Shown one piece after another: positions 25,791-38,324 of a stretch of 64,000 nucleotides of DNA; the first letter of the stretch is position 1, and each line of letters opens with the position of its first letter. The translations under genes were made by a program, and so were the position numbers. The stretch is from Camelus ferus (Eukaryota). The DNA is taken from contig NC_045696.1 in the NCBI RefSeq assembly GCF_009834535.1, positions 22,756,001 through 22,820,000 of the forward strand. Direction: 5' to 3'. Under the pieces are notes generated by a model. The model saw only the letters and a program-made list of their open reading frames with translations. It did no database searches and was not told the origin of the DNA.

Positions 25791-28059
25791 GCACATAAAA
25801 TTACAGTGAACACTGGTAATGCAGAAGGAAAGAAATTGCTTGATAGAAGTGAGAGAGTCAGCAGGAAGGGTTAGAAGGAATTGGAATTCTAATTTTTCAT
25901 TTGCATAGCAGAGAGTAAATAGACATTTTCTAATATTGATGCATCAATAAAAGTGAGATGTAAGAATATTATTTAGAGTAATTACTAGAAAAGACTAAAA
26001 ACAACTGATTAAGTGGGAATTGTAATCCTTTATTTCTTGTTTTTAAACAATAGGTATGTATTGTTTTGTAAGGAGCATTTTAAATTTGTAAAACGTATTT
26101 CCTGTTCGAGCTTACTGCATATGAATTAAAAGCTGCAGGACTCCGATTTCACTAATGTTGATGTAGATACAACAGGACAGCCATTAAAAATAAAGCAGAA
26201 GCCAAAACCTGTCCAAGTCAAGACTTCAAATAGGCCACAGCTGAAACTCTTCTCACCTACCAGCCTCAATAAAGACCATTCCCTGGAACCTTACACAAAC
26301 AAGCATATGCATTAGTCAGTGCGTGAGATTCAGTGGAGAGGACTTGGCAGAAAGACAAAAAAGAGTCTCCAAACTTCTTTGGAAAGTGTTTTGCCACTTA
26401 TCCTAAAGCTATAGCTCTGCCAACTGGAGTCAGTGGGCTATTATAAATTTATATATGCATTTAATCTGCCTGGAGAATTTTTTTACTTATATGGTACATC
26501 AACATTTCAAAACAACCTTTTAAGATACAGAATCTTCCAAGAGGAAGGCTCTTTATATGTGAAAGGCAGCTTTCCTTCTGAGGGACAGCAATGACTAGTT
26601 TGTTTGAGTACAAAACTGACAGTTGGGAAAGTCTGAAATATAATTCTGGCTTTTCTACTCCCTTAGGTTGGCCATACAGAATAAACACGAACCTGTTAAG
26701 CAAGCAGAATTTTGGAGGAAGTACATATACATATTAATGAACAGCTAGAAACTCTACTGTAATTAAGGTTAGAGAAATCCCTTGACCGCTATCTGAGTGA
26801 CCATGTCTGATTGGGTTTGGATGGAAACCACTGGCAAAATTAGCCCACAGACTTCATGAGGCTTTACAAAACGAATGAGAATGAGATAAAAGGATTCTGT
26901 AAAAAAAAAAAAAAAACAAACACAATTCTCTGAAATTGTTTTGCATTTATAATCTGAAAAGAAAGGCATTTAAAATATTGCAAATGAGTGATTTGTTGAA
27001 ATTAGTGAAAATTAAAGAAAGAATTAATAAGATAATGAAATAATGCTGTAGCCTGAAAGAAAAATCCTTATAAAAATCCATTTTGTTGCATTCTGTTAGA
27101 GGAATCTTATCTTTTGATAAGTCTGCTCTATAGATAATATCCTCGAACAGGATATCGCCTTTAGCCTTTGGCATCTCAGAGAGATTGTGACCACTAGTTG
27201 CTGGTTGAGGTACACTCTGCAAATAGTATGATGAGTTATTTATGGAGCATATTTGCAGTCCTTTTAAGTTGACTTGCTGTAAGGGATCAAAATTCACCAT
27301 AGAGTCTGAGAAAATTTACTTCAGACTGTATCTGATGGAAAAAGGGAAATCAAACAAAAGGACCCAAAATCTCAACAGCAAGCAACTGAGGGATTGCAGG
27401 ATTAAATAGAGGATATGGTTAAGTGGATAGAGATGTCAGCAGAACTATTCCAGTATTAGGGAGACCCCTTTCAAATGGGCCATCTAAATCCTGGCTTGGG
27501 AATTGATGGGATTATGAAATTGATTAATCAGTTAATGAGATTATTTGACAGGGATTCGAACTTCTCCAAAATGGAAGCCTAGTCCTTTAAGGGATGGTTA
27601 GCAAATTCAGTCCTGAGCCAAATTTTTGAAGTGGGCTAAGATATTGGAACAGGAAATGAAAAATAATTAATGTAATCATGTATGATTTTACTAGTTCTAA
27701 AGCCCATAACTTAAATAAGTATATCTGTGACCATTTCAAAAATGCTGAAGTTAAATATCATAACTTTATTGAGGAAATGTAACAACTTAGAGAATCTTTG
27801 TAACTTGTAGGAAAGTTAATGATGATGATTAATCATGTTGTAGAACTTGATCATACAAGAGTGATTCCAAGCTCTTTATTGTTGTTCTTTTATTGTGTCC
27901 ATTGCAAGAGGATTTGGTAGAACATTAATACCAGGTTTGAAATATTTTATCCATCTGTAGGGTGTTACCTGATCTAAAATACCTTGGGCTATGTTGGAGT
28001 ATGTTTATGATTCATTTCTAAATTAATTTACATTGTAGGATTACCCTAGGCCAAGATTT

Positions 28060-28250
28060 CCAATTTCCATCTTTCTGATGACTTCAAGTCTCTGAGATCT
28101 AACCAGTGAGCCTCCGACCGTCCGTTAAACTATTAGCATCTGCACTTAGATATCTCAGAGGAGTGACTTCAGATTCCTGATGTCCAAACTGAACTCACAT
28201 TTTATTCAAACCTTGTCCTGTTCCTAAATTCCTTATCTTAGGGGCTTAGG
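28060..28250 (+). mobile_element. L2 ORF2 fragment
   Basis: ctgatgacttcaagtc; cacttagatatctc; atgtccaaactgaactc. Confidence 0.6.
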
Positions 28251-29109
28251 CAGCCACTTTCCGACTACTTGGAGAACATCCTTCTCTCCTACACTACCTT
28301 TCCCACCTTATCTACATTCTTTTCTGTGACATGGGGGGACTATAATGATTAAATGGGAAATTAAACACTTCATTCACTTTGAAGAGTTCTGACAAACTCT
28401 TTTATTAGACATACACACACATGTGCATTTCCCAACATACAGACACACATAGTGTATTTAGTGAAAGAAAAGTAACCAAAATACCATTCATTAGCATAAT
28501 CAAATTTCAAAAGTGCTATGGGCACGAGAAGTCTTTCAAGGAAAATTCTAACTTGAGGAGGATGGAAGTCTTTACAGGGTTTTAGCAAGAGAGGATCAGG
28601 TGAAGTTCAACTAACTTACAGAGAAAAGTTAAGCAAAGATGGTTCTCAGAAGAGGCAAGAACTTCTCTTGGGGAGGAAGAATTGGAGATTAACATTGTGT
28701 GCAAAAGGGAGTGAGCAAGAACATCACAGGGACAATGACATGTAAGCGCCACTGTGGAGAAGTCCCTCATCCCTTCACCATTTCCCAGTTTCAAAGAAGA
28801 GAATAATAAAAATAAAGGAATCCTGAATAACCTCTGTATTAAAATACAACTAGCAAGCTCACGATGTCTGCTTCTGCTGTTGTATTTCCAGTGTTTCTGA
28901 TTTGAAGTCTTCCTTGATTGCAGCCCTCACTAAACAGGATATGCTTGTATTTATGTAAATATATTTAAATTGCTTAAATATATCTATTTATATCAAAGAA
29001 TCATGTTTCAAAAACATCTCCATAACCTACCTTTCAACAGAAGCATCAAGTAGTAATTCAAAAAGTATATTTTTATGAATTTTTATAAATGTTTTGGTAT
29101 TTATTAACA

Positions 29110-29255
29110 AAGCCCTCTAATATATCATTGTACCTCTCAATCTAAGTCTAAAGGTGGAAATAAAGCAACGTCTTATATGGTTTCATTATTTTAAGAAAAG
29201 ACATCTGAAAGATCCTACTCCCTTTACTTTTATTTAAAATGTATTTCTGGTGGGT
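29110..29255 (+). repeat. Copy 1 of a ~146-bp local direct repeat
   Basis: Aligns by eye to 30134-30278 with 13 substitutions and 1 indel. Confidence 0.95.
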
Positions 29256-30133
29256 GTGGGATTACGTTAAAGAATTCCAGAATTTGTAGTAGCAAAGCTG
29301 GTATACATACTCAAAAAAAGACATCTAAACTAAAGGAATAATATATAACATGCTGAAACAACTACAGTAAGAAAGGGGAAACACAACTAATATGGAAACT
29401 CCTCGACAATATCAATACTGAAGTTAGGAGAGATTTCAACCAAAAACTAGGATCTAGAATTGAATGAGATACACTGAAAAATAATAAAGAAATCATGAGT
29501 AAGTTAAAAATGTTGTCAGGTTAAATATCTGATAAAATAAACACGGTACTGGATTGTGTGTAGTAGATAGAGGGGTTAAAAGAAGAAAAATAGGGAAAAA
29601 GTGTTTAATAGACTTGCCATAGTTTTTAAGTGAAATCAAATATTGTATCTAAGCAGAAAATCTGGAATATTAATATTGAAAGCAAAAAGAGAAAAGATTT
29701 AAGAGTAGAACTATGGTTTTCTGTCTGTCCAACCTGCCTTCCATTTCTGATCTCTTTCTTAGTTGTCAGATCTCAAGCCCTTTCTTCCAGTTATAGTCTT
29801 CTCACAGTCTTAAGTTTTATGGCTGTGCCCTCAGGCACAGCCTTTTGGAATGCCAGCAGACTTTGGAGAGTCCTCTCTAGCTGCTTCATCTTACAACATT
29901 TCAGCAGGTATGCATTTTCTAACACATGAGACCGAAATTTCTCTAAGATGAGCCACATGTAAGTGAGGATGATTTCTTGGCATCCAGATCACTGAGCTAG
30001 GAGAGGAGTCATTCATTCAGCTTTGGAAAGAGTATCACAAAAGTGATAATTACATTCTTCTTAGCACATCAGATTGGGGGCATGTGATGGTGTTTTGTCC
30101 TATATTGAAGACACTAACTTTGATCCTTTGACT

Positions 30134-30278
30134 AAGCCCTCTAATACATGCTTGTACCTCTCATTCTAAGTCCAAAGGTGGAACTAAAGCAAGGTCTTAT
30201 ATGATTTCTTTATTTTAAAAAAAGACATCTGAAAATCCTACTCCCTCTTCTTTTATTTAAAATGTGTTTCTGGTGGGT
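30134..30278 (+). repeat. Copy 2 of a ~146-bp local direct repeat
   Basis: Aligns to 29110-29255 at about 90% identity. Confidence 0.95.
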
Positions 30279-30279
30279 A

Positions 30280-31530
30280 CATCTGCTAGGTTTATCCGAA
30301 GTGAAATTGCTATTTTTCTCTTAGAGATTAAGAAGTAATTTGTGGTGAGATTCTTGGAGACTCTGAAATGTCCTTTATTTTTTAAATTAAAGTATAGTCA
30401 ATTTACAATGTTGTATCAATTTCTGGTGTATAGCATAATGTTTCAGTCATACATATACATGCATATATTCATTTGTCATATTATTTTTCATTGTAGATTA
30501 CTACAAGAGTGCTACACAGAAGAAACTTGTTTATTTTATATATAGTGGTTAGTATCTGCAAATATAGAGCTCCCAATTTATCCTTCCACCTCTTTTCCCC
30601 TCTGGTAACCATAAGTTTGTTTCTATGTCTGTGAGCCTGCTTCTGTTTCGTAAATAATTTCATTTGTGTCTTTTTTTCCTTAGATTCCACATATGCATGA
30701 TATCATTTTTTTCTTTTTCTGGCTTATTCCATTTAGAATGATGATTTCCATGTCCATCCATGTTGCTGCAAATGATATTTTTTAATTCTTTTTTTGTGGC
30801 TGAGTAGTATTCCATTGTATAAATATACCATAACTTCTTTATCCAGTCATCTGTTGATGGACATTTAGCTTGTTTCCATGTCTTGGCTATTGTAAATAGT
30901 GCTGCTATGAACATTGGGGTGCATGTATCTTTTCAAATTAAAGTTCCCTCTGGATATATGCCCAGGAGTGGGATTGCTGGATCATATGGCAAGTCTATTT
31001 TTGGTTTTTAGGGAGACTTAGCAACTTCAAGGGCCAAACTGTTTTCCATAATGGCTGCACCAAATTACATTCCCACCAATGGTGTAGGAGAGTTCCCTTT
31101 TCTCCACACCTTCTCCAGCATTTATCATTTGTGGACTTTTTAATGATGGCCATTCTGACTGGTGTGAGGTGATACCTCATTGTAGTTTTAATTTGTGAAA
31201 TTTCCTCTTTTTTAACCCATCTTTCACACATTATTTTAGCATCCATTAATTATCAAAGATTGATTATTAACATTATCATTATATATTTATTAGTTGGTAT
31301 TCTACTGTAAAGAAAAGTATTCTACTGTAAGGAAAAGGCTGGGTTCCAGGACATCTGGAACCCAGCCCTCCTGCTTTCTCCTCCTCCCTTCCTTCCTTCC
31401 TTCCTTCCCAACTCCCCACTCCTTTCTTATTTCAGTATTTTATTCAATGAGTTAATTATCATTATGTATTTTGAGCTCAAAATAGTCAGACTTGGTTCCT
31501 TTAAGTCCTTCATCCTCCTGATACATTCAC
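30280..31530 (-). mobile_element. Old L1MC-like 3' UTR remnant split by a younger L1
   Basis: tctgctaggtttatcc...aagtaatttgtggtgagattcttggagactctgaaatgtcct, resuming at about 31200 with ttttagcatccatt...ttagttggtattctactgtaa. Confidence 0.6.
30375..31195 (-). mobile_element. 5'-truncated lineage-specific L1 (ORF2 C-terminus and 3' UTR)
   Basis: ORFs 30660-30914 (MFIAALFTIAKTWKQAKCPS) and 30995-31246 ([21 protein letters not shown]...[10 protein letters not shown]). Imperfect TSD tgaaatgtcct (30364) / tgaaatttcct (31196). Confidence 0.93.
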
Positions 31531-31531
31531 A

Positions 31532-31893
31532 TTTTTTTAATTGAAGTACAGTTGATTTATAATGTTGTGTTAGTTTCTGATGTATAGAATAGTGATTCAG
31601 TCTTATATATATATTTTTTTCATATTCTTTTTCATTATAGGTTGTTGCGAGGTGTTTATAGAATATAGTTTCCTGTGCTATACTGAAGGACCTTGTTGTT
31701 TGCCTATTTCATACACAGTAGTTTTTATATACTAATCCCAAGCTCCTAATTTATCCCTCCCCCTGCCCCGTTGGTAACCATAAGTTTGTTTTCCATGTTT
31801 GTGAGTCTGTTTCTGTTTTGTAAATAAGTTCATTTGTCTCATTTTTTTTAGATTCCACACATGAGTGATATCACGTGGTATTTGTGCTTCTCA
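31532..31893 (-). mobile_element. L1 3' UTR fragment
   Basis: tttttttaattgaagtacagttgatttataatgttgtg...tttagattccacac. Confidence 0.88.
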
Positions 31894-32399
31894 CTTTCAG
31901 ATCACTTTTGAGCATTCCCCTATTTTCTGGGCACAAAGATATCCTTAGAAAGAGTTCTCTTTGGCTGAGATCTCCTGGAACCCAGCCTGTCCTCGCCACT
32001 TGGAGTTAAAGGGGGTGAGGTTCTGCTGGGTCTTCACCATCCCCTTCCTCCTTGATTTTATGCTGAGTCTCAGCCAGGAGATTCTGAATCAGCCCCTTAT
32101 GTATCCATTGATAGGAAATCAGTTATACTCAGTCTGGCATATTCCTTAAAGAACCTGGAAGGTTTTTGACAGCTCTTTTAATTTCTGTAGGCCATGCAGA
32201 CTTCAGTCATTTCCATGATCTCCCAGCCTTTGCCGTGGATGTCAAAGATGAAGGCATTTGGACAACCTTGCTCACAATAGCCCTTCTACTGGAAGCCCAT
32301 CAATCACTTCATGGCTATCTGGTGGGCCATTTTATTTAAGTGACCATTAACTTAAAAAAAGTTGCTTTCTTTATTATTTAGGATCCTAGCGGGGCACCG

Positions 32400-32826
32400 C
32401 CATTTGTCTCAGATGGTTCACATGAAAAGTTTTAAATAAAAGAATAATGTACAGAGTTGTGAGCAGGGATAAGAGAGCAAACAGGAGTTGGTGAGGGACC
32501 CAAATTCCAGCAATATTAGGGAGACTTAGCCACTTCAAGGGCCAAATGAATAGAAGAAGGACACAGAATTATGGTGGACCACTGGAGTGAGGACCATGGA
32601 GGGAAACATCCATTATATAGCACAGCTACCGCCACACTTGTGGCACCAAAGCAGGAAGAAAAGGGAGAGTAAGTGCAGATTTCTCTCTCTTCCTACTCTC
32701 TTCTCCTGCTGATGCTCTCATTGGTCAAACCTAACTGAAGGTAAGCCTGCAGGAGAGCCAAGGACATAGACAGGCGTCAGTGTCCTTGCAGCCACGGAGA
32801 GTGCAAGGACCTGGCAGCTCATAACA
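32400..32826 (-). mobile_element. Ancient LTR, LTR78/LTR79-like
   Basis: cagatggttcacatgaaaagttttaaataaaag...acagagttgtgagcagggataagagag; ctcattggtcaaacctaactgaagg. Confidence 0.6.
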
Positions 32827-32843
32827 GTCACCTGTAGGAGCAC

Positions 32844-32888
32844 TGTATTAGGGGTCTCCAGTCAAACAGAACCAATAAAATCCATCTG

Positions 32889-32936
<48 letters not shown>

Positions 32937-33409
32937 GGAGAATTAGTTATGTAAATTGGCTGACATGATTATGGAGGCCCAGAGGTCTCACGATCTGCTG
33001 TCTGCAAGCTGGAGAGCCGGGAAGGCTGGTGTAATTCCATTCAAGTCTAAATAGGCCTGAAATTGGGAAAAGTTGGAAGGCCTGATGGTGTATGTCCCGT
33101 CTAAGTCTGCAGTACCAGTGTCTGAGAGCAGGGGGAGATGATACAGGAGGTAGATGTCACAGCTCAAGCAGAGAAGTGAAATCACTTTCCTCCACTTTTT
33201 GTTGTGTTTGGGCCCCTAAGTGGATTGAACGATGTCCACCTGCATTGGGGAGCCCATCTCTCTGCTTTACTCAGTCTACTGATTCAAAAGCTGATCTCTT
33301 CCTGAAGCACCCTCCTAGACACTCCTAGACACACCTAGACATAATACATTACCAGCTATCTGGGCATCCCCTAACACAGTCAAGTTGACACAGAAAATTA
33401 ACCATCACA
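32844..33409 (-). mobile_element. ERVL solo LTR, MLT2B-like, with internal (TCTA)n
   Basis: tgtattaggggtctcc...caagttgacacagaaaattaaccatcaca termini; 5-bp TSD-like flanks agcac/agccc. Confidence 0.9.
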
Positions 33410-34376
33410 AGCCCAGAGAGGTCAGAGAGGGCAGGGAAATGGGTTCTAAGGGCAAAGGCACAAGAGCCAGGGCACATGCTCAGAAGTATTTTCTTTGCCA
33501 TCAACACGGAGCTTGGTGCAATTTATTCTTTAGCAAGCTTGTAGATGCCGAATTTACCATTCTTACTGCTTCAAAAATGCACTTTTAATTTGGTGCAAAA
33601 GATTCTTCCATTCACAAGTGGTGTCATATTTACTTTATTAGAAGGAGCTTGTACCTTTCTGCTGCTCTTGAAAAATCCAATTTGTTGTTCCACTGAGAGA
33701 AAGCGTGTCAGGTGCATGGGTGGATAAGGCAGTCATAAACAAGAATGCATTCAGCTCACACAGTCTAACCCTGTTAGAAGCTATCAGTTAGGGTATTTTC
33801 AGGGGGATTGAAGTTTGTTATGAGAGAACAAAAAAGCGAAAGTCATACTACATAATAAAAATGGAAATTAGTTTAAATTCTCAGTTCCATTTCCTGAGCC
33901 AATGAACATAAAGTTCATGTTTTGCACATCTGTTTGCTGAGATGGATCTATAGTTGTGTCAGGGTAAACTAAAATCAACCCCAGATAGGTTTCTAGGGTC
34001 ATCCTCTAAGCTGAAAATATGTATCTCGGTCTCTCTGTGGGCAGATTTGGGGACGTACTCCTTGGGGGTTTTGTGCATGTTGTGATTTCCTCATTTTTAC
34101 AAGAACTATAAAATTACAGTATTTTCCCATTATATTTTCCCTTTTAAGCTTGGCAAGCAAGCTGCACTGATCTGGTGCCAACATTACATCCATGAGATAC
34201 TTAAGGCCAAATGTCTGCATTTTAGAAAACTTAATTATAAGGAAGAGAAGAATTTATAAAAAGCCTGCTACTGATAGAAATGTTTTCATTAAATATATTT
34301 TCATCCAATTGTGAACCAAAGCAGTTTTTTTTTTTTCTTTTTCTTTTCCTAAATCGTTTTGCTGCCGTGTTTACAG

Positions 34377-34573
34377 CCTGGTGCTGTAGCGCTGTGCTAG
34401 CCAAGGAGAGGGCGACTAGGAAGCAGACGTGACCAGACACAAAGGTGATAAAGGCTTGTCTCATTTGAATGTTCAACCAGAACGGAATGCAAATAGCAAG
34501 CAGTGCATGACAAAAGTAAATTAGATCTTGAAAATCCTTCCTTTAATAATCTTAGATGATGCTGGCAGCTCAG
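34377..34573 (+). other. Candidate non-coding or UTR exon
   Basis: Long pyrimidine tract then tttacag| acceptor; CAG|gtaagg donor. All three frames hit stops. Confidence 0.35.
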
Positions 34574-34759
34574 GTAAGGCTTTTCTACGAATATAGGATT
34601 TTTAGCTCAGCAAAATCGCCTTAAAAGCCAGATAAGGGGTAATATAGTTTTGTCCCTTCAATAGAAATGACATTTCTTCCTTTTCCACACTGCCTTTTAA
34701 ATGCACAAACACATACTATATTTTTCTGATGGTTTCTCATTCTCATATTTTTTAATTAT

Positions 34760-35110
34760 ATACTCTCATAGCAAATGTTTTTAGTAGCTACTATGATAGC
34801 ACCCCGACCTGGGCACTGGAAGCTCAAAGGTCAACATGATACAGAATGTCCTTTCTGGACAGTCACAAGTTGCCTGGAGGAGACATACACAGAGACAAAC
34901 AGCCCAGGACAACATGGGGAAATGACCTAACACAAGTTCAATACTGTGTTGTTGGAGCACCAGCAAGGGAGCAACTGGTTCTGCCTCTCCGAATTAAGGA
35001 GTTTGTCGAAAAAACGTATCAGAACTAGGCTGTGAAGGAATTTGTCAGACGTGATAGAGGGAAACACTTTCCTGGTGGAGGGAACAAAATATTCAGAAAC
35101 ACAGAGTCCT
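34760..35110 (-). mobile_element. L2 fragment
   Basis: agcaaatgtttttagtagctactatg...ctgggcactggaa; gagggaaacactttcctggtggagggaaca. Confidence 0.65.
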
Positions 35111-35449
35111 ATGATGATAAAGTTCCTTCTACTTTGCATCCATTTTGTTAATTTCACAATGGTGTAATACCTTCAAGAAGACTGGACTAGTTCTTTGCAC
35201 TCTCTTGAGTTCAGGTCAACAGAGCTTTCAGACTGGCAGTGAAACATACATTGAGGTTGACCCGTGTCTGGATTTTGATGCAGCCTTGGGCCACCTGGCT
35301 GCTGAGAGCTTTCGTGTTTTAGTTTCAGAAATAGTCAGAATAATAACCCATTAGAGGACTCATTTTGTGTTGATTAAGTGATACAGCTTGTAGAAGCAGA
35401 GGGCACCTGAGAGACCACTGCAAACTGACTTATTTGTGAACAAAGTTGA

Positions 35450-35672
35450 TTTGCAATGGTTTTGAATCAGATGACCTTGGTTTCTAAGTCTCCCTCACAC
35501 TAATCAGCAGAGGGAGCCTGAGCAAGTTAACTAGCTGCTCTGAATGTCCATGTTTTTATCTGTAAGATGGGCTCAGTTGGGTTTGGTAGCACTGCTGGGG
35601 AGGCTGGAAATACGGACCTGGAGGTAGGGCTTCTAGCATGCTGCCTCGCCCCTAGTAGCTGCTCAGTAAATG
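35450..35672 (+). mobile_element. MIR SINE
   Basis: tttgaatcagatgaccttggttt; ctgagcaagttaactagctgctctgaat...atctgtaagatggg; tagctgctcagtaaat. Confidence 0.7.
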
Positions 35673-36009
35673 AGTGAAGGGAAAACGTTTGATTTATCCT
35701 AAAGCATTGATGCAGGAAAGAAGGGCAATACTGTATTTATAAGAGAAATTATCCATTCCACTTTGTAGGGAACCCACGCCATCCTACTGCCTTTCTAAAA
35801 TAATATTTTGTAGCCTCCAACACTTCTGCGATGGCATTTAGTATCTGCCTCCTCTATTTTGGTTTCTGGAGAAGATGGTGATGAGGAGAATGGTAAGTAC
35901 CAAGTGGCAGGTGGAGGTAAAGAGGCAAGAGATAAACAGGAAGTTCTTGTTTTTGCCATCCTAGAGCGTTCTGCCTCCATCCTCGCCTTCAGCAGAACAG
36001 GTTTCTGAC

Positions 36010-36157
36010 ATAAGAGTACAGTAGGGAGGCACACACGTGAGGGCACAGTGAGAAGGTGGCTGTCTGCAAGCCAGGAAGAGAGCCCTCACCAGGAACCGAA
36101 GGGGCTGGCATTCAATCTCAGACCTGCAGCCTCCAGGACTGTGAGAAAGAAATGTTT
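36010..36157 (+). mobile_element. MaLR LTR fragment (MLT1A/B-like)
   Basis: gtgagaaggtggctgtctgcaagccaggaagagagccctcaccaggaacc...cagcctccaggactgtgagaaa. Confidence 0.8.
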
Positions 36158-38129
36158 AAAAAAGTAGAACACAATGGAGATGATATAAGAGGTTCCTAAA
36201 ACATGTGTCTGGGGTAGATTAAAATCGATGTGAGGATCTCCTCTCCTCTTTCCCTCTTGGAGCAGATTTCTTTGTCTCCTGCAGCCATGCTCAAGCTGAG
36301 CTTGTCAGCAGTGGCAGGGGAAGATTTGTGATCTGAATCTCGGGCTTGGAGTTGTTTACTGTTGACTATATTCAGACACCATCACATTTTCTTCTCTCTT
36401 TAATATGTTATTGGCAGTCGGGTGGCTTAAAGCATTTCTGTCCAAATGGAAGCTTTTTTTTTTTTTTTTGTGCTTTGTTCTCCCTTCCCTCTGCCTCAGA
36501 CACATGGCCACCTGGCATATGCTGTGTATTTTATGTGCAGAGACTGCCAGCTCACAAACAAAGCCGGGGTGGACACGCACGGCCAGAGCAGCCACGATGG
36601 CTGTCAACTCAGTCAAACCACTGGTCATTCGGTCAAACATTCAGATCGAATGGTTTCTTTGACTGAATTAACCATAGAAACAGTAGACCCTGTCTTCATT
36701 TAGACACAGAAAAGAACAGTAGTTCACAAGTTTCTTTTCAATGCCCCATGTCGCCAAAAGACAATTCCCTAAATACTTTGATATTTAAAAAATTCAAACT
36801 AGATCATTACTGGCCAAATGAACTCCAATTACTTTAGAATTTGCTGAGGAAAAAAAGGAAGAAAAGCCAGAATCATTAGTTTTAAAAGATAGTCCCCATA
36901 TCTCCCTAGAAATTGTAAGGATTTTTAGAAAGCTTTGTCATAGCTATTCTAGACATAACAGGCAGTATTCAAGATTGGTATATTTCAGGAGGTAATTTAT
37001 CTGTGTCTAAATTCTAATAAAAACCGTTTGTAAAGAAAAGGGAACAAACTTACAAATAAAAAAAGCTACAAGGATTTTTTTAAAGTGGTAGCCACCCATA
37101 TTTTTGGAATTCTTTTTATCTCAAGGTGTTACTTTATACAGCACAGCTTGCTTTTCAGAGAGAGAAAACTTAAGAAAGAGGGCGTAAAAGATTCAGTATC
37201 TTAATTCTGTTGTTTTTCTAAATTTAAATTTCACTATTGAAAGATAAATACAGTATTTTTTTGGAGCTTTAGATGGATGCACCATTGTTGCTATTTTTGC
37301 TAAGAATAATTTGTTAGCAAACATGGTACGTACGTCTCACAAAGTTAAGCATAAAACAATGTATTTACTGTTACCATAAGACAGTGCTTCCTCAAGCTGG
37401 TGCCTTTTTTTTTCCTTAATGTGTAGTAAGATTAAAAGGCAGGGGCCATTGAACTATATAAGAACATTTTGGTCCTAGGTCTTCGAAAGGCAGTGTATGG
37501 ATTTGATTTGTGGCCAGAATTTATGGGATAAGCCACTGACAGTTACTTCTAACATAGCCATGCCCCTGCCATGGCCCAGAGAATCCAAATTTCAAAGAAA
37601 ACAGTCACATGCTATAGATGGCAGCAGCTGTAGACAGGAGATCACATTAACTATTCAGCTGTGGTCAGAGCAATTCAATTTTATCTATTACCCCCAAATT
37701 GACCACACCCTATGTTGAGTGGTAGGGTTTCTCAAAAGGTAATGGAGGGCTTTACCTTCAGGAAACTTGTCTTGCTTATGCAAAGAAAGCAAGTTAATAG
37801 TCATAATAGAAAAAAAGATAGCAGATCCATAGGTTCTTTGACTCATCTCTCTCTGCCGTCTCTCTTTCCTTTCCACTACTTCCATTTCTACCAAGGAGCC
37901 AAGGAGATAGGTTATGTAGGTTGCCTCTCCTAGAATTTTATATACCCTCAATTACAATTATCCAAGATCAAGTTGTCAAAATCCTTCTTCTACTCTGTGT
38001 CAACATCTTACTATTTCATTTCTTGGCCTTAAATTTGCCAGAATATCTATGTCAGTGTCTATATCTCGGCCTGTATCTGTATCTGTATCTGAAGCTGTAT
38101 CCACGGCTCTGGCCGTAGCAGTATCATCT

Positions 38130-38324
38130 ATTTTGTTTTCTGATTGAAGCCTAGTCAGTTGCAATTTGTCAGTTTCTGGTGTGTAGCATCATGTTTCAGT
38201 CATGCATATACATACATATGTTCGTTTTCATATTCTTTTTCATTAAAGGTTACTACAATATTTTGAATATAGTTCCCTGTGCTATACAGAAGAAATTTGT
38301 TTTTATCTGTTTTTATGTATAGTT
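38130..38324 (-). mobile_element. Short L1 3' end (same family as 30375-31195)
   Basis: tttctggtgtgtagcatcatgtttcagtcatgcatatac...gtgctatacagaagaaa. Confidence 0.85.

Noticed and set aside
29110..30278. Direct repeats read as LTRs of a small retroelement or as a CRISPR-like array
   Set aside because: Only two copies, no TG/CA ends, PBS, PPT or TSD, and the context is eukaryotic.
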